Below are positions 60,919 to 64,000 of a stretch of DNA of 64,000 nt, one piece after another. Positions within the stretch are counted from its first letter, which is position 1. Each line of letters begins with the position of its first letter. The translations under genes and the position numbers were made by a program. The notes under the pieces are model-generated. The model made no database searches, was not told where the DNA came from, and saw only the letters and a list, made by a program, of their open reading frames with translations. The DNA comes from Novakomyces olei (taxonomy: Eukaryota), in NCBI GenBank assembly GCA_016906335.1, contig JADEYG010000001.1:1116001-1180000 (forward strand), given 5' to 3'.

Positions 60919-62610
60919 TCAGACGTTGTTCAACCGAGTCTTGGCAAATTGCTCTGGAAGTTCTGGCGCATCGACAAACAAATCCTGTGACTCTGCTCGA
61001 GACATCGACTGCCTTGTTGAACTGCTTGTCTGAGCACTGCTACTGGAATTGGGTTTGACGCTGTTTGACGCGGAGACAGGTACAAAATCTTCTACTTGCT
61101 GTAGCATTTCTTTTGGTGATTTTGACGTGTCAAAATCAAGTTTGAACACGTACTCTTCGCCTCCCAAATGCTTGAAAAAGCGTGGACTCCAAGGCTCATG
61201 CTGCTGCTCCCGCTGCCTCCGCTCATCCCGCTCATTATCCTCAATACGGCCCTTCGTTGTAGTGGCAGTTTCCTGGTCGTGACGACGTACAGCCTCACAT
61301 GTATCGTGCCAAAGGTTTTGGCTCTCTTTAGCCTCTTGCTCCTCTCGAGGCCTTACCAACCCAAACGTTGGCTTGGCAGCAGCAGCATCAAAGATCACTT
61401 CTTTTTTACCAGTTTTAAGGGATTTTATAGACATCGTTTCGTCCCATTTTCCGGTAATTTCGTACAGCGGCTCATTATCCTTCTTTACAGTCCCGGCGAT
61501 AGCGTTATACGTTCCGGAAATAAAGCCTTTAGTCTTGAATTCAATGTCCGCCACCATATGCGTCTTGTTACACCGGACATAAGAATGATCGCCCAATTCA
61601 AACTTCATTCTGCCAAAGAGAATGCCACGTGCGTACATATTGGGCTGAGTGAGCTCGTAAACTTCACCGGGGTGGTTGAGAAAGGATAGCAGTGCTTTGC
61701 CCTCCATTATGGTACCGGCACTGTTGCCGAGAAATCGGGACCGGGGCTTAAGAACGCCGTCAATTCGGATATTTAGCTCGGGAGCAAAATAAAAATAAGC
61801 AGAAATAGGCGGATGATGTGAGACCTGCTCGGCAATATACAGCGCCTGCGCGTTTCCGTGGTCGGGGAATACCCACTTGCAGCGAAAGTTTTCACCAAGT
61901 ACAGGATTCAGAGGCTTCTTAACTCCCTTGATTAATTAGAATCGAGCCGATGATTGGTATTCAGAGACAAGAGATGTAGACGTAGATTTGAAATAACGAC
62001 ATCAGAATTATCAGAAATTTAAAAAAAAAAATAGATATTTAAAGGAATAGATATTTAAATATTTAAAGGAATTAAAAAGAATAATCTAGATTGCAAAAAG
62101 CGATAGACTAGTCGCCAATCACAAATGCCAAAGAAACTCACGAGCAGTGCTCAAAGAGAAACTTGTATATATTACAAAACCAACTTACGGGAGGCTTAAT
62201 GTGCCAGCCTGACAGGTAGTACCGGCACACTTGCACAAATCGGTCCACAGGATCTTGTACTGTGGGTATCTCTATTAAAAGCTCCGGGTGGCTCATAAAA
62301 CTGGGAACGCGTTAGCACCCGGGACTTGAGCAAAAAACCTTACTTTGTAATCCGTTCAAGCATAGATCGCGGTTCAAGCACAAAAGTGGGAAGGGTCACT
62401 CTCGACAGATCCATGCCAGGCCTAAAAATTAGGGTTTAGTCTCGTCAATTGCACGTCGTCAAAGTTCATACCGGAGCTGCTTGATAATTCCAAGAAGTAT
62501 ATTCTGCAAGACACGTTAATACAATCCTGGGCAAGAAGCACGTCAAGAGCTATTTCTGCACTTACTTTGCCCTCATCGGGAAGCTCTTCATCGTTACTGC
62601 CGGCCGACAT
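60919..62610 (-). CDS. Oxysterol-binding-protein homolog, Osh6/Osh7-like; 4 introns
   Basis: LRPGMDLSRVTLPTFVLEPRSMLE, GVKKPLNPVLGE, EQVSHHPP signature, ARGILFG. Confidence 0.92.
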
Positions 62611-62947
62611 TGTGTGAAGGAGGACGCAAGCCGCGTTTCGTCGTATTATATCATACAGTCGTCTGGATTTATGTACTTGTTTGTGTATGAGGCACAACCT
62701 TTTATTAATTTAATTATACATTTTGGGCGGGACATTTTTATTACAATAATACTGCACGGGCAGAATCTGGCAGACTTGTTTTGTATTGCATACGTATCAC
62801 GTCCATATACATAATATATTCACGGCGCAGACCGAGAAAACCTTTGTATATTAGACAATGCCGTAAGCATAGGACGGGCAGAGCACGTGTGCCTCCACCA
62901 AACTGTCTGGTAGATTGGCGCTGGCGTAAAAGCTTGAATATAAATCG

Positions 62948-63014
62948 CAATTACAAAAAACAATTACAAAAAACAATTACAAGGAACAATTACAAAAAAA
63001 CAATTACAAGGAAC
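62948..63014. repeat. 13-bp tandem repeat (CAATTACAAAAAA / CAATTACAAGGAA), 5 copies
   Basis: Direct observation. Confidence 0.88.
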
Positions 63015-63490
63015 TGATTAGAAGACATTAGTGCGTAAATACAACTAACTAATCATGGAACAAGGCACATACACAATGCAAAAACCAACAAAACAAACAG
63101 AATCTAATCCGAACGGCAATTAAGCGAGTATAATAGCAATGGTATAGTGAGCAGTGTAGTTGGCAACACGCAAACCCAGCGGCGACAATGAGACGCGATA
63201 AAGAAAAGTTCCACTGGCAATACTATACTCAGCCGATATATAAAGGCCGAATTGCTTATTAGCCTCTCAAAGTAACCTACTCGTGTGCCATATACGATAT
63301 GGGGGTGACGGAAATAAATATTTCGGAAGCACCGAAAAAGTCTGCCGAGCAAGTCGCCGATCGTCATGCACGCGTTGGAACGTTTGTGTCTCTGGCGCGT
63401 TTCGAATAATACATGGACATATTTAATTGGCACATTGTGCTTAGACTGTTTGTGCATACGAGACAATAGTATTTAAACATGTTTTAGATT

Positions 63491-64000
63491 TTAGCAGAGG
63501 CACCTTTGTGTTTGGCTGCCTCTTTTAGCCTTTGCTATTTCTAATGCAGGAGGGGTGTACGTGCAATTGCTTAATAAAGTGAGAGCGATATACGTTGGAT
63601 AAGGATTGATATTGTAATAGAATAGTATGCCAGACAAACAGGACTATAAACAATAAACACAAGATGAGCAAACAAAAATAACAAACGAAAAACGTACAAA
63701 AAAAGTACAAAAAATGCAAAAAACAAAAAATGTAGAAAACAAAAAATGTAAAAAACAAAAAATGTACAACTCAAAACCTGTAAAAACAAAAACCTGTAAA
63801 CAACAAAAGAATACACAAATGATGTAATACACAAAGGTTATTATAAAACAATATAATAACAAATAATATAATAAAGGAAAAAAATCCAGTGCGTTATACA
63901 CAGACATGGCAAAACGCGAGATAAAAGCACATCACACGTGCACTAGCGTTACTTAGTCACCCGTGCTAGCTGATGCACCTCCTTCCCTTTTGGTCGAAAC
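63491..64000 (-). CDS. Probable 3' end of an unidentified gene entering from the right edge; intron 63570-63952
   Basis: GTAACG donor, T-rich interior, CTCAC branch and AAG acceptor give an open frame FRPKGKEVHQLARVTNNCTYTPPALEIAKAKRGSQTQRCLC*. Confidence 0.45.

Noticed and set aside
63525-63907. Three Phe/Cys-rich minus-strand ORFs
   Set aside because: Translations of T-rich repetitive, probably intronic, sequence.

Overview
A gene-dense, intron-rich stretch of a fungal nuclear chromosome, most likely an early-diverging ascomycete. Taphrinomycotina is an inference from a perfect Homol-E box at RPS1, tiny introns with short branch-to-3'SS distances and frequent AAG acceptors; a complex I subunit argues against Schizosaccharomyces. 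I built about 20 gene models by hand: DBP3, a Zn2Cys6 TF, YCF1, NDUFS4, URK1, FSF1, CBF1, a disrupted GH5 glucanase, DBP4, dynein heavy chain, RAD18, CMP7, a small membrane protein, FIG4, RPS1, PAN5, RIX1, GRS1, an OPT transporter, a sugar porter, an OSH6/7-like protein, and a probable partial gene at the right edge. No tRNA, rRNA, transposon or CRISPR is supported. The most interesting signals are: (1) relaxed, apparently distance-driven 3' splice-site choice, including a PAN5 intron that can only restore the protein by ending in TG; (2) CBF1 with its own CACGTG sites, a 5'UTR intron and a uORF; (3) telobox/Homol-E motifs at translation genes; (4) a palindrome-built insertion in the YCF1 linker; (5) tandem ATCAGATAA sites beside a structured non-coding block; (6) many young minisatellites. 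All intron calls are manual and lack transcript support.
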